A stretch of DNA of 64,000 nt from an uncultured Verrucomicrobiae bacterium. Lineage in GTDB: Bacteria > Verrucomicrobiota > Verrucomicrobiia > Chthoniobacterales > JAFAMB01. A program made the translations under genes and the position numbers. Of this stretch, positions 41,543 through 51,616 are shown in pieces. Within the stretch, counting starts at the first letter, position 1. Every line of letters begins with the position of its first letter. Under the pieces are notes generated by a model. The model made no database searches. It was not told where the DNA came from and worked only from the letters and a program-made list of their open reading frames with translations. The stretch is from NCBI GenBank assembly GCA_963837955.1, contig CAWIPH010000002.1, positions 352,001 to 416,000 of the forward strand, read 5' to 3'.

Positions 41543-41662
41543 TCACCGCAATAAAAGTACTACCACGAGCACAATCAGCCAGACGGGTAAAGTGCAGACA
41601 AAGAGTGAAATCACCGCCAGCACTGCGAAGACACAGAATACCTGAATTAGTAAATTAATCAT
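41543..41662 (-). CDS. 39-aa highly hydrophobic peptide (below ORF-track cutoff)
   Basis: AGAGG RBS; MINLLIQVFCVFAVLAVISLFVCTLPVWLIVLVVVLLLR. Confidence 0.55.
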   Translation of the reverse strand: MINLLIQVFCVFAVLAVISLFVCTLPVWLIVLVVVLLLR

Positions 41663-41715
41663 TTGGACCTCTCTAATCTGCCGGTGGGGGGAACGAACAA
41701 GGATTCATCTCTTGA

Positions 41716-42228
41716 TCATCGCAACTCAAAGAGGTAGAGCACTGCCGCCATGCCGTAATCGAGCGGCGGCATCTCGACCGTTTCCAGCTCAGTCGCGTAC
41801 TTGACCATCATCTTGATAAAATATTTGGTGTGCCAAAAGGCTTCTAAAATCGGCTTAGTCTCCACATCCCAATTCGCATTCGTGCGCTCCCCTTGGAAAT
41901 CATGGACGGTTCCGGCCTCTACGATTCGCGCATAGTCGAAGTGTGGTGGATCGGCTTCCCCGCCGATTTCTTTAATAACAGCGAATGCTTCCTTGACCGG
42001 GTCTTGAAGGTAATAAACCTTACAGGACCGGTGGTAAAAACGGTAGACTCCGTCCTCCTCGGTCTCTTCTAGCGTACGAGCTAGTTCTTCTAATTCCGGT
42101 AGCCGCGCTTTGATACGATGGAGTAGCGCATCCGTCCGTTCTCGGTGCGTGCCAGTCTTTATGATCCCTGCCATTTTCTTCAAGTAGCGGTCTTCGGGCG
42201 CTGGTTCCTTTTGGGATGATTCGCTCAT
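41716..42228 (-). CDS. Conserved hypothetical helical protein
   Basis: EDGVYRFYHRSCKVYYLQ...TKPILEAFWHTKYF...AAVLYLFELR. Confidence 0.7.
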   Translation of the reverse strand: MSESSQKEPAPEDRYLKKMAGIIKTGTHRERTDALLHRIKARLPELEELARTLEETEEDGVYRFYHRSCKVYYLQDPVKEAFAVIKEIGGEADPPHFDYARIVEAGTVHDFQGERTNANWDVETKPILEAFWHTKYFIKMMVKYATELETVEMPPLDYGMAAVLYLFELR

Positions 42229-42292
42229 AGTCAGACACTTGCTCGGTTGAAAAGTAGGTTGAGGCGACAGGATTATCGGGATTTGAGTTGGG

Positions 42293-42769
42293 CTAGGTAC
42301 CCACCGAAATCTGCTGCTCGGCGATGTGATTGTTAACTGCCTTTTTAGGAGCCGCTGATTTCTTCGCGGTAGCGCGACCGCTGACCATAAGGTCCGCGAT
42401 CTGGATCTCACCTTTGATCGCTTTCGCTATCCGGCTACTGCTTCGAGCCAGGATCGGGACACCGGCATTAAGAAGAGTGTGGGCGAAAGCCTCGTGCTCT
42501 GACTCCGTACCATTACCCTTTACGCCTGCCTTCCGGTAAGCTCTGGCGACCTTGGATCGCATAGGCTTGGTGAGTTCGGACTGCGCAGGAGCCGATTTGA
42601 CGGGCTTTTGCTTGGCTTTGATCTCTTTTATCGTCTCGTCAATGTTAACCGTCCCTGGCTCGAAATTGAGAACGACGTCGCCCTTCCTAGGGGCTAGTCT
42701 CTTGAGTTGGTTTTGAACTCCGCGAGGGGTTTTGCGTTCACAAGCCGGTTTACTAGTGGCATTTTTCAC
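42293..42769 (-). CDS. Lys/Ala-rich hypothetical protein
   Basis: Basic ORF behind an AT-rich promoter-like region. Confidence 0.55.
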   Translation of the reverse strand: MKNATSKPACERKTPRGVQNQLKRLAPRKGDVVLNFEPGTVNIDETIKEIKAKQKPVKSAPAQSELTKPMRSKVARAYRKAGVKGNGTESEHEAFAHTLLNAGVPILARSSSRIAKAIKGEIQIADLMVSGRATAKKSAAPKKAVNNHIAEQQISVGT

Positions 42770-43755
42770 AACAGCAACACATAGTAAACAAGTTGTATAA
42801 AGTAAAATATAAAACCCAACGGGTTATAACATAGTTGTAAGTTGTCGCCGCGTGGTGTTGTACCGACGAAAAGACAGCCCCCCACCCGGAGTGCCCGCCG
42901 TTATGTATCTGGAACTTCTCTCGGTAGAACGGGAAGATTAGCTTATTCGTCCAGATAGACGCTGACCGCCAGGCCCGCTCCGAAAGCTATCCACCTTTCG
43001 ACTCCGTAGCTTACGCGCTGTTATCGAACCGACACTACCTCCGATCTCAAGCTATCTTGCTCGGCGGTTGTTAAACTAGTTTGCGCTCCTTCGCCTCAGG
43101 AGTCGGCCTTTGCGCCGGTGCAATCCGTCTTGGGCTATCCAATCCCATTCGCGGTAAAGCTTCGATGCCGCCAGATAGGGAAAGAGATCACGCCGTGCTT
43201 CGCGTTCGCGATCGGGATCCTCAGCAAAGGAGTCTTCTATATACGCTCGCATTTTCTCTTTCAGTTCACCTTCGGGAAGGGAAAGCGCGTGTGCCAGTTC
43301 AACCACCGGATGATTCGATTCTAGCGCGGCTAACCATTTTGATCGGGCCATGGGTTGCGCGGATTCGGGAACTTCGATCTTTTGAGGGTTCGTCAGCGGC
43401 GCTAACGCCGTACATTTTGAGCGGAAGGAATTTACAAGTGAGTTGATTTGCTCAAGCTCGCCACCATCCGGGCCTTTCTGGACAGCAGGACCACAATGCG
43501 ACTGCGTGGACGCACGGCGCCCGTACAAGATGGCGAGCACACAAACATGGACAAGGAAGTACACAAATTGTGTCGGCGAACATTGTCGCTCACTGTTGCC
43601 GCGCGAGACGTCAATGAAGTCGATTTTGTAACAACACGAGAAAATGCCATGCTCGCACTCGCGTGGTGCGGTGACGAGGGCCGAAGTTTTTCGCTGTGCC
43701 TTCAGCTCGCGTTTTGCGGACGCTTGCTTGAGCGCAGCGGACCGGCAGTCATGAC

Positions 43756-44649
43756 CTATGAGAGCTGTTGGCTGGCCAAGGACGCGGCAACGAGTTTTCT
43801 GATATTCTCGCCAAAGCCGCTCTGTCGATAGAGCAAACCCACTTCCAAAAAGTGTGCCCGGGAAACAAACGGCACGAAACGAACACGATCTCCCGCGACG
43901 GCGGTAATGAACTCGCCGACGACCGCCACGCCACGTCCGCTTTCAACAGCCGCGACGACGCTCAATACGTCAGCGCATTCCTGGATGATCATTAGCCGGC
44001 CCTTGCTGACTCTGAGGATCTTTGACACCCACTGATGATACTCTGGGAACTCTCTGGCTCGATAGACTACCAACTCACTCATTGCGACCACCAACGGGCG
44101 CACCGCAGGTTGCTGGGCCAGCGGACTTGAATTGGAACAGATGATCCCCACCGGATGACGACGGATGGTTTCAAACTTCAGCCCTCGCATCTCCCCGGCG
44201 GCTGGCCGAATCGTCAGTGCGGCATGTAGCTTACCCGCTCTCAATCCCGACAGCATCTCGGTGTGGGTAAGATCGTGGAGGGTAAGGCGTGCGCCCGGTG
44301 ACAGCTCATGATATCGGCAGAGCACTTTGGATATGATTGCAGCAGTCGGCGAGGGAGCGTAACCAATTCGAAGCTCCTCCTGACTCTCCTTTTCAATCAT
44401 CTGCGCCTCCTCTCGCAGCGATTCGGCATCGCGGACCAGTTTTCGTGAGCGAGCCAGCACCGCATGTCCGACCCGGGTGAGTCGCACTCTCTGAGTATTT
44501 CGATCAAGCAACTTGACCTTTAGTTCCGCTTCAAGGCCTCGAATCTGTCGGCTGAGCGGGGGTTGCGATACGTGCAACCGCTCGGCGGCGCGTGAGAAAT
44601 TTAACTCCTCGGCAACTGCAATGAAGTAACGCAAATGACGTAATTCCAT
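43756..44649 (-). CDS. LysR-type transcriptional regulator
   Basis: MELRHLRYFIAVAEELNFSRAAERLHVSQPPLSRQIRGLE. Confidence 0.96.
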   Translation of the reverse strand: MELRHLRYFIAVAEELNFSRAAERLHVSQPPLSRQIRGLEAELKVKLLDRNTQRVRLTRVGHAVLARSRKLVRDAESLREEAQMIEKESQEELRIGYAPSPTAAIISKVLCRYHELSPGARLTLHDLTHTEMLSGLRAGKLHAALTIRPAAGEMRGLKFETIRRHPVGIICSNSSPLAQQPAVRPLVVAMSELVVYRAREFPEYHQWVSKILRVSKGRLMIIQECADVLSVVAAVESGRGVAVVGEFITAVAGDRVRFVPFVSRAHFLEVGLLYRQSGFGENIRKLVAASLASQQLS

Positions 44650-44677
44650 CTCTTCGATTTCAACCGCGACGAGGTTA

Positions 44678-44692
44678 ATACCTTTTGGGCAT
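44678..44692. promoter_or_regulatory. LTTR binding box (ATAC-N7-GCAT)
   Basis: Near-match to the ATAC-N7-GTAT T-N11-A motif between the divergent LysR and MBL genes. Confidence 0.55.
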
Positions 44693-44995
44693 CAAGCCAC
44701 GTCCAAAATGGTAATTCCACGATTTGGATTAATGGGGCAATTCTTGCGAGTCGTTATTCAACCGAAATCAATTTTCCGCATACCGCTGTCAGAATCCGGG
44801 GGGACTGGGCTTTGTGCGTGGTCGTCGCGGATCTGGAACCAAATCCTGAAAACCCCCGCCGTCGCGCCTGAGACAAGCTTTACAGGTCGAGAGAGACGAA
44901 ATTAGGTCTCGCAGCGTCGTTGTGCTTGCCTAAGCGGAGGGAAAAAGAAGAAGGAGCTGGAATTTGCGGTGTGCGACAAAACACAAGGAGACATT

Positions 44996-46018
44996 ATGAA
45001 GAAAGAGCTACTCAAAAGACCTTTAACTGTACTCGTATTTGCAGTCGCTTTAGCTTTTGCGGCTTCGACGACTTACTCACAGGAAAGCGAGTACTACGTT
45101 CCGCTTTTGCCAAAAGTGAGAGAACGGATGCTGCCCGTAGATTATTCAAAGGGCTATTTGGTTAAGGAAATCAAGCCGGACGTTTACATCATCACGGACG
45201 GTGCCTACCAATCAATGTTTGTCACGACGGGCCAGGGCGTGATCCTATTCGACGCCCCGCCGTCGTTCGCTCAACACATCAAGCAGGCGGTTGCCGAAGT
45301 CACAAAAGAGCCGATTCACAAGCTCATTTACAGCCATGCTCACGTTGACCACATTGCGGGCGCTGAGTTTCTCAAAGACATTCCGAATCTGGAAATCATC
45401 TCCGAAAAGGGGGTGGCGGATTTCCTCAAAGAAATGAAAGACCCGCGAAGACCAGTGCCGACGAAAACATTCGTCAATCAAACAGAAATAAAATTCGGCA
45501 CGGCTGAAATCGAACTCAAAAAGAAAGAGTACCACTCCAACGAAGGCGACTTGTTTATCTATCTGCCGAAAAAGAAAGTTTTGATGGCGATTGACACGCT
45601 CGCGCCGGGCTATGTGCCGTTTATGAATTTCGACCTAACGACAAATATGCACGAGTATTTGAAAATGTTCGATGAGTTATTGTCCTATGATTTCGACGTC
45701 TTGATTACGGGACATCTTACATCGCTCGGAACCCGTCAGGATGTGATCGATACCAAAAATTATACGATGGACGTTTACGAAACCGTCAAACGAATCCACA
45801 ACTCCGCCGATCAGAAGAAAATGGCGATGGACACGATTAAGGAATTCGGTGCGGATATTAAATTTCTCATTTTCAAGCAGATTGTCGATCCATTGATCGA
45901 GCAAAGTTATCAGGAGATAAAGTCGCGCTGGATCGACAAGTTAGCCGCCGTGGACATTTACGGCAGGAGCCATGCCCGAACAATGCTGATTTATGTGCGT
46001 TGGGACGACAAACTTTGA
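44996..46018 (+). CDS. Secreted metallo-beta-lactamase-fold hydrolase
   Basis: Signal peptide; YSHAHVDHIAG HxHxDH, LITGH. Confidence 0.9.
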   Translation: MKKELLKRPLTVLVFAVALAFAASTTYSQESEYYVPLLPKVRERMLPVDYSKGYLVKEIKPDVYIITDGAYQSMFVTTGQGVILFDAPPSFAQHIKQAVAEVTKEPIHKLIYSHAHVDHIAGAEFLKDIPNLEIISEKGVADFLKEMKDPRRPVPTKTFVNQTEIKFGTAEIELKKKEYHSNEGDLFIYLPKKKVLMAIDTLAPGYVPFMNFDLTTNMHEYLKMFDELLSYDFDVLITGHLTSLGTRQDVIDTKNYTMDVYETVKRIHNSADQKKMAMDTIKEFGADIKFLIFKQIVDPLIEQSYQEIKSRWIDKLAAVDIYGRSHARTMLIYVRWDDKL

Positions 46019-46420
46019 AACGAAATCAAAGAGGAGAAGACAAAAGACGTTCGATCGGCCCGAAACGAACAACAAAACAATATGCCAAAGACTAATATTG
46101 AAATCGTCCGGGAACTCCTTAGAGCGGTTCGGTTCCGATTGGAAGATTATCCTGTATACGTTCACCACGCAGCCACGGCAGGGAGAACAGTAATCGCCGG
46201 TAATCAAGTGGAAGAATAGGCCCGACCAAAATGACTACACCTCAAACGATGCACGCGGTTGCCATCGACGGCCGCCGCATCGATCGCATACCGTGCGACG
46301 CAACTGCCCCGCGCTGCGGCCAAGTCCGCCAAGCATTTGGGCCGACAGAACATCGGGTGACAACCCAATGCTGCAACCCGTGCACTCTTTAGTGAACCAT
46401 AGACAAGGAACCTAATTATC

Positions 46421-47059
46421 ATGAATACTGCAATCATCGGCCTGGGAAACATCGGTTCCCAATTGGCGAAAAATCTGACCGCCGGCGGAGAAAACGTCAT
46501 CGTCGCCGACAGAACCTTGGCGAAGGCAGAGAAGCTTGCCGCCGAACTGGGCGGCAAAGCCAGACCCATGCCTGTCGCTGACGCAATCAGCAAATCGGAT
46601 GTGGTCGTCCTCGCAATCTACTTCGATGCGATCAAGGACCTGCTCGCGACATATCGCGGCGGTTTGGCCGGAAAAGTCATTGTCGACCCTTCGAACCCGA
46701 TAGCCCCGGATGGAAAGGGTGGCTTCAAGAAGACGATCCCGCCTGACCAATCATCAGGACAGCTCATCGCCGCGCTCCTCCCGGAAGGGGCAGAACTCGT
46801 CAAGGCATTCGGCACGCTGGGTGCTCAGTCCTTGGCGTCCGGAGTCAACCGTTCGCCGGAACGCGCGGTGCTGTTCTATGCAACGGATTACCCGGAAGCG
46901 GGCAGAGCCGTTGCCAGACTGATTACGGCCAGCGGTTTTTCGCCCGTCCGCGTAGGCGGTCTCGACCAGTCCATTCGCATCGAAGTGGGCGGCGACCTTC
47001 ACGAATTCGGAAAGCTCGGAAAGCTGGTGTCAGCCAAGGAAGCGGAGGCTCTAGTCTGA
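46421..47059 (+). CDS. NADP oxidoreductase, F420-dependent family
   Basis: IIGLGNIG Rossmann motif, VIVDPSNP, LVKAFGT. Confidence 0.9.
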   Translation: MNTAIIGLGNIGSQLAKNLTAGGENVIVADRTLAKAEKLAAELGGKARPMPVADAISKSDVVVLAIYFDAIKDLLATYRGGLAGKVIVDPSNPIAPDGKGGFKKTIPPDQSSGQLIAALLPEGAELVKAFGTLGAQSLASGVNRSPERAVLFYATDYPEAGRAVARLITASGFSPVRVGGLDQSIRIEVGGDLHEFGKLGKLVSAKEAEALV

Positions 47060-47396
47060 CTTTCGGGACGACCGCTGGCGCTGGCACGTAGTCGGCATCT
47101 GCAGTTCGTCGGGTCGAAAATCCCAGCCTCTTCTACGACACAGCCAAAAAAGCGGCGCTGCCACCAGGTGGTGCGGAACCCGACTTTGGACCTGCACCGG
47201 TCCCGCCAGCCCAACCAAAAGCCGAGAGCATGAAACAGTAAACTATCAAGCCGCTTAAACTTAACCGACCGAAACCAACGTCCCGCATGACCGCAGTCGT
47301 AATTCTCGCGGGTTTGGCTTTGTGCCTTGCCGTGGGCAACCTGCCGGCGACCAGTCCAGCAGACCATTCCGCCGCAACCTCCTCCGAACAAAACCG

Positions 47397-47795
47397 ATGA
47401 AAATCATGAACCAAGAAATCACAAACCTACTCAAGGCCTACGAAAAGGCGCTCAACACAAGCGATACGAAGGCGGCCATGGCGCTTTATGGAAGCGAGCC
47501 TATCTTTATGGCCCAAAACGCGGTTGCCTGCATTGGCCGCGATGCGGTGCAAGCGAGTTATCAACACATCTTCGAGGCCCTTAAACTGAACGTCGTTTTC
47601 AGCGTCCACGAAATCGTTGAGATGGGCGACCTGGCGTATGGCCGCACTACTTCGGCCGGACAACAGGAGGTCCTCGCGGCCCATACGACGTCGAAGGAAG
47701 CGAACAACGAATTGTTCATCTTTCGCAAGGAAGAGGGGCATTGGAAAATTCACCGCTATCTGTTTGCCACCTCCAATCCGCCCGCAGCTAACTGA
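47397..47795 (+). CDS. SnoaL/NTF2-like protein (signal-like segment 47288-47400 in another frame)
   Basis: YEKALN.SD...LY...GRDAV..Y, GDLAY, ELFIFRKEEGHWKIHRY. Confidence 0.8.
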   Translation: MKIMNQEITNLLKAYEKALNTSDTKAAMALYGSEPIFMAQNAVACIGRDAVQASYQHIFEALKLNVVFSVHEIVEMGDLAYGRTTSAGQQEVLAAHTTSKEANNELFIFRKEEGHWKIHRYLFATSNPPAAN

Positions 47796-48376
47796 TGCCT
47801 TCCTTTTTTGATCGAACTCAAACATTCCCATGATGGATACGGTTGCAGCCCATTCATCACCGGATTTCCACCAACAAATTTGACGCCGCACGCTTTGCTA
47901 TCCGAACCCGAGATTCGGGAAGTGGTTGAGCTTGCGACTGAGGCGCCGTCTTCGTTGAACATCCAGCACTGGTGAGACTGTCATCGAACTCAAAAGAGGC
48001 CGTAACCGAAAGTGCGATTTATATTATGATCAAACGTTGGTCACTTCACATCTTGGAGCACGGGACTGTTCCAGCTGTCGCTTTAGCTTTGCCTATCGCT
48101 CCCACTAACAGCAGGAGCTGGCAAAGATACGCCGGCAACGGTAGAAGAGTTCATGATCGACTGCTATGGCAATTGGCCAGATTAAAGCGGACCAAAAATT
48201 CCGCGGGTAGAGCCATCCATGTGACCGCATCCCGCAGTCTCGAAAGCCTGTGTTCTCTCCGCTCTCGACGGCTGCCTTAAATCTTCAAGAGCGTCGCGCG
48301 TTTCCTGGATCTCCTTTGCGGCGAGCCAGTTCGCTTCTGGTGGCTCGGGCGCGGCTAGCGATGCGATTTAGTAAAA

Positions 48377-48775
48377 TTATTCGACTTCCCAGAAAAACTT
48401 CGCCAACGGCGTCGCGTTAGTGGGCAATCGATCAAAGAAACCAAGATCGGCGATTTCCTCGGCAGGAAAATGCATGCGGACGGCGTGCCTCTGTACCGAG
48501 ACTCTGAACAAAATTGTGATCGCTCCGCGCTTGGGTCGATCATACATCTGAAGATAATTGGTCGATCTAACTCCCAATCCGGTTTCTTCGCGCACCTCGC
48601 GTTTCAGGGCGCGCTCAAGGGATTCGTTCCGCTTAACTTTACCTCCAGGCAGCGTCCAAAGTTTTTGACCGACGACTTGGCGAACAAGCAAGACGGAGCC
48701 TTTATCATCCTCAATCCATGCCATCACGGAGACTTCCTTCTTCGGGTTAAATCTTACGCGCTTCTTTTTCGGCAT
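48377..48775 (-). CDS. NUDIX hydrolase, island copy of 17553-17951
   Basis: 4 of 132 aa differ from the chromosomal copy. Confidence 0.92.
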   Translation of the reverse strand: MPKKKRVRFNPKKEVSVMAWIEDDKGSVLLVRQVVGQKLWTLPGGKVKRNESLERALKREVREETGLGVRSTNYLQMYDRPKRGAITILFRVSVQRHAVRMHFPAEEIADLGFFDRLPTNATPLAKFFWEVE

Positions 48776-49252
48776 CCTTCGGTCGCCCTAAACCATGATA
48801 CTTGGGCCGCGGCGACGCGATAAAATTATCATGTGCCCGCAGGCCGCCGTCCCTAAACCCCGGTTTGTCTCATCGGCTAAGTGGTGACACCGGGTGCGCG
48901 GAGTGAGACGCACCCTGATGCCGGAAGCCGGGAATATCCCCAGTCTTGTAACCCAGACTTCACTATTAGTTCGTAGCCTGAGGGTGTAGTGTGCGTCTCT
49001 TAGGAGAGAGTGAGGAACTCGGCATCTTTTGGGCCAATGGAATACGATCTGGATACCAACCGATAAGCGACCCGGCCGGCATTGGGCCAAGGCGAGGTTG
49101 TGCCCATTCTGCCTGGCAGCATGAGGCGAGATTCGCAAACTACGCGCAAAGTCGTTCCAGGGCGTTCGCTCGAAGTGCGGAGCGGGCGGGCCGAAGCGTG
49201 AAAGCCACGAGCGAGCGCTTAGGGCGTGGAATGGTCGGATAAGTCGTGCAGT

Positions 49253-49789
49253 TTAATAAATCCGCTTACGCGGAGTGACGTTTCTGACCACGCGCGCTGC
49301 CCAGACCTTTAAAAACGTTTCCCGCAGGGCCTGCAGATCGTCAGCTTCCTTTTGCAAACCGGCTTGAGAAAGGAGCTGCTGCTGGGTTTTGAATGTCCTA
49401 CGGGCCGTGAACTTTGTTCGGATGGCACCCTTGCCGCCTATGGTGTCTGGCCGCCAATGCGAGTGAAGAATTTGATTTCGGCGTTCCTCGACCTTCTTGC
49501 ATTTGTTTAGAAACCTGTCGAGTTCTTTGTGCTCGACTGCATCATTGAAACGGTGCTGGTAGAGGGCTCCGAATAAGTCGAGAGTCGCTTGAAAAGAGAG
49601 TTGGGCGGTTACGATTACGCCGGGCCGGTAGTCATCAGAATCAAGGAGATTTCCGATCGCTACTTTGAGGTGGGTTTCGAGCAGCTGAAACTCGACGCAG
49701 ATTTTGCCGAGTGCTTCAACGGCCTTTTCGTAATTGAGCCTCACGACGGCCTCGTCGGGGTCCCTGCTTAGATATATTGGGGTAGCCAT
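49253..49789 (-). CDS. Hypothetical all-helical protein with HEPN-like RNxxxH motif
   Basis: ALGKI.VEFQLLE N-terminal helix; RRNQILHSHW. Confidence 0.6.
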   Translation of the reverse strand: MATPIYLSRDPDEAVVRLNYEKAVEALGKICVEFQLLETHLKVAIGNLLDSDDYRPGVIVTAQLSFQATLDLFGALYQHRFNDAVEHKELDRFLNKCKKVEERRNQILHSHWRPDTIGGKGAIRTKFTARRTFKTQQQLLSQAGLQKEADDLQALRETFLKVWAARVVRNVTPRKRIY

Positions 49790-49968
49790 ATTCAGCCTTT
49801 GCGCTGGCGAGTGCGGTTCGCACTCTAACGGGATTTTACGCGGAGCGTCGCTCTAACCAAACAAAATAGAGAAATCCAACCGAAACGATAATCACCAATT
49901 TGTGCCGAATCCGGGTCACAAGTTTTAAGCCGATCGGTGAGCATAGCCGTGCGTGAACACGATTGCCG

Positions 49969-50235
49969 CTACCACCTCACCAGCAGTAATCTCAGCTGGA
50001 TCCAATATCCTGATAGAGTCCCCTTAATCCAGGCTGCCGCCACTCTGTTGGATTCCTCCTCTCCCTCCTTCGTTTCGAAGACGCTGACAGAGGCGAGCAC
50101 CCCTTCTCCAGTATCGATGACGTAATAAGCCAAAAAGCCAGTGATATTGCTGATGCGAGGGACCAATTCCTCATTGACTCGGCGAGCTACCTCCGGGCCT
50201 GAGTCGATTTTATGTCTTCGAACGCTTGCGTACAT
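49969..50235 (-). CDS. ABM-like dimeric barrel protein (C-terminus possibly frameshifted)
   Basis: MYASVRR..VP.IS.ITGFLAYYVID..SVSVFETKEG.EESNRVAAAW. Confidence 0.65.
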   Translation of the reverse strand: MYASVRRHKIDSGPEVARRVNEELVPRISNITGFLAYYVIDTGEGVLASVSVFETKEGEEESNRVAAAWIKGTLSGYWIQLRLLLVRW

Positions 50236-51214
50236 ACTTTGTTCTTTCTGTTTTAAGTGAGACTAAGTTCGATCCTCGGCGACTCTCAACACGGTATGCT
50301 TGTATGAGCATGGATTATCGGCTCACTGAATTTAAGGCTGGTTATGGGTCGCATCCATCTACGACATATTTAGATCTTTCAGTCTATCGTTGTACGGTGA
50401 GCCGGGACACTTGAACTTTCGACCAACACCCAAAGCATCCGTTCGACGATCCAGGATTTGAAATCGGTGGTGACGCCGCGGTGCCATGCACGAGATAATG
50501 GATCAGCAGCTTCGAAAGATGGAACGTAACCGGTCGCCGTTCGCCGAGCCGTAAGTAGACTTCAGCCGGTGGTAAGCTTTACCGGTGCGAACTTATTGCC
50601 CGATAAATTCCTACGGTCTCGCGGTTGATCGCATCGGCGATCAATAACGCGGCGAAAATCGTAATGGCGTTGTAGTGCTCCTGGTTTGAACAGAATTTCG
50701 ATAAGAACTCGAAGTTGAACCTGAACCTCAGAAGACATGCCGACCCTGGCTAGAAGCAGCACGGCCTGAAAGCACGTTAGGGACGCCCGAAGAGCTGTTC
50801 ACGTGACCTCGGGCAATCTATTCGCATCTGTTGAAGCTTCCGACGATCCGAACGTGGACCACTAACATTACGGGTCGTCTGATAAAGATAGTCTTCTGTT
50901 CATCTCCCTGAGAAGCTCGTTTCACTTGGTGAATCTTCAGATAACGGGAGAGCTATTTAGTACTGATCTTTCAAAAACGGACCTGCCGGAATTGCAAAAC
51001 AAGTTGTTCACAGTGTTTGGTGTGAAACCACCACCTGCAAATGCCACAGAGACCTAATCTAGCAGAATAAGATGCCGAAACCTGTCGAGAAAAAGACCGG
51101 ATCCGTGAAGATAGAAGAGCTTGAGAACGCCGGGTTTCAGCCCACCGGGAAGTGGCATAACAAGGCAGGCGTCGCTTCTGCGCGAAGCTCTCTTTTTTGT
51201 TTGCCGCAACAGGC

Positions 51215-51616
51215 TTAAAGGACTAGCGGCCATGAAATCCGTATCTGGCCTTTGATGATCTTAGAGCCGTGGAATGTGAGCCTGGCGGCGATGTTAGTTT
51301 CTGCGAACCGATTGGGGGCAGGCGCACCCAATCGCACCCTTCCGAATACGAAAACCAGTTGATGGTGGCTGATACAGCCTGTGAGATCTCCGGAAAACAC
51401 TTTTAAGCTCTCTTGGAAGTACAGCGCCAATTGTCGGCAACCTTCCTTCCCGGAAAATGTAATGGCATTCGGAGGGGATTCCTGACCCACAGTGTGGGGG
51501 TCAGCTGCCGAGAGGGTCCACTGTACCGTGGCTGACAGGAAGCGATCCAGCTTTTCCAGATCGTTCAAATTAATCAGAGCGTTGTAAAACAGTTCGGCGA
51601 TCTCTGCTCGCTCCAT
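51215..51616 (-). CDS. SnoaL-like fold hypothetical protein
   Basis: FYNAL..DLEKL..FLS..VQW, GKEG, LTFHGSKI. Confidence 0.55.
   Translation of the reverse strand: MERAEIAELFYNALINLNDLEKLDRFLSATVQWTLSAADPHTVGQESPPNAITFSGKEGCRQLALYFQESLKVFSGDLTGCISHHQLVFVFGRVRLGAPAPNRFAETNIAARLTFHGSKIIKGQIRISWPLVL

Noticed and set aside
46231..46392. Possible MDR oxidoreductase start (MTTPQTMHAVAID)
   Set aside because: Only about 13 plausible codons; too short to call beyond a possible deletion remnant
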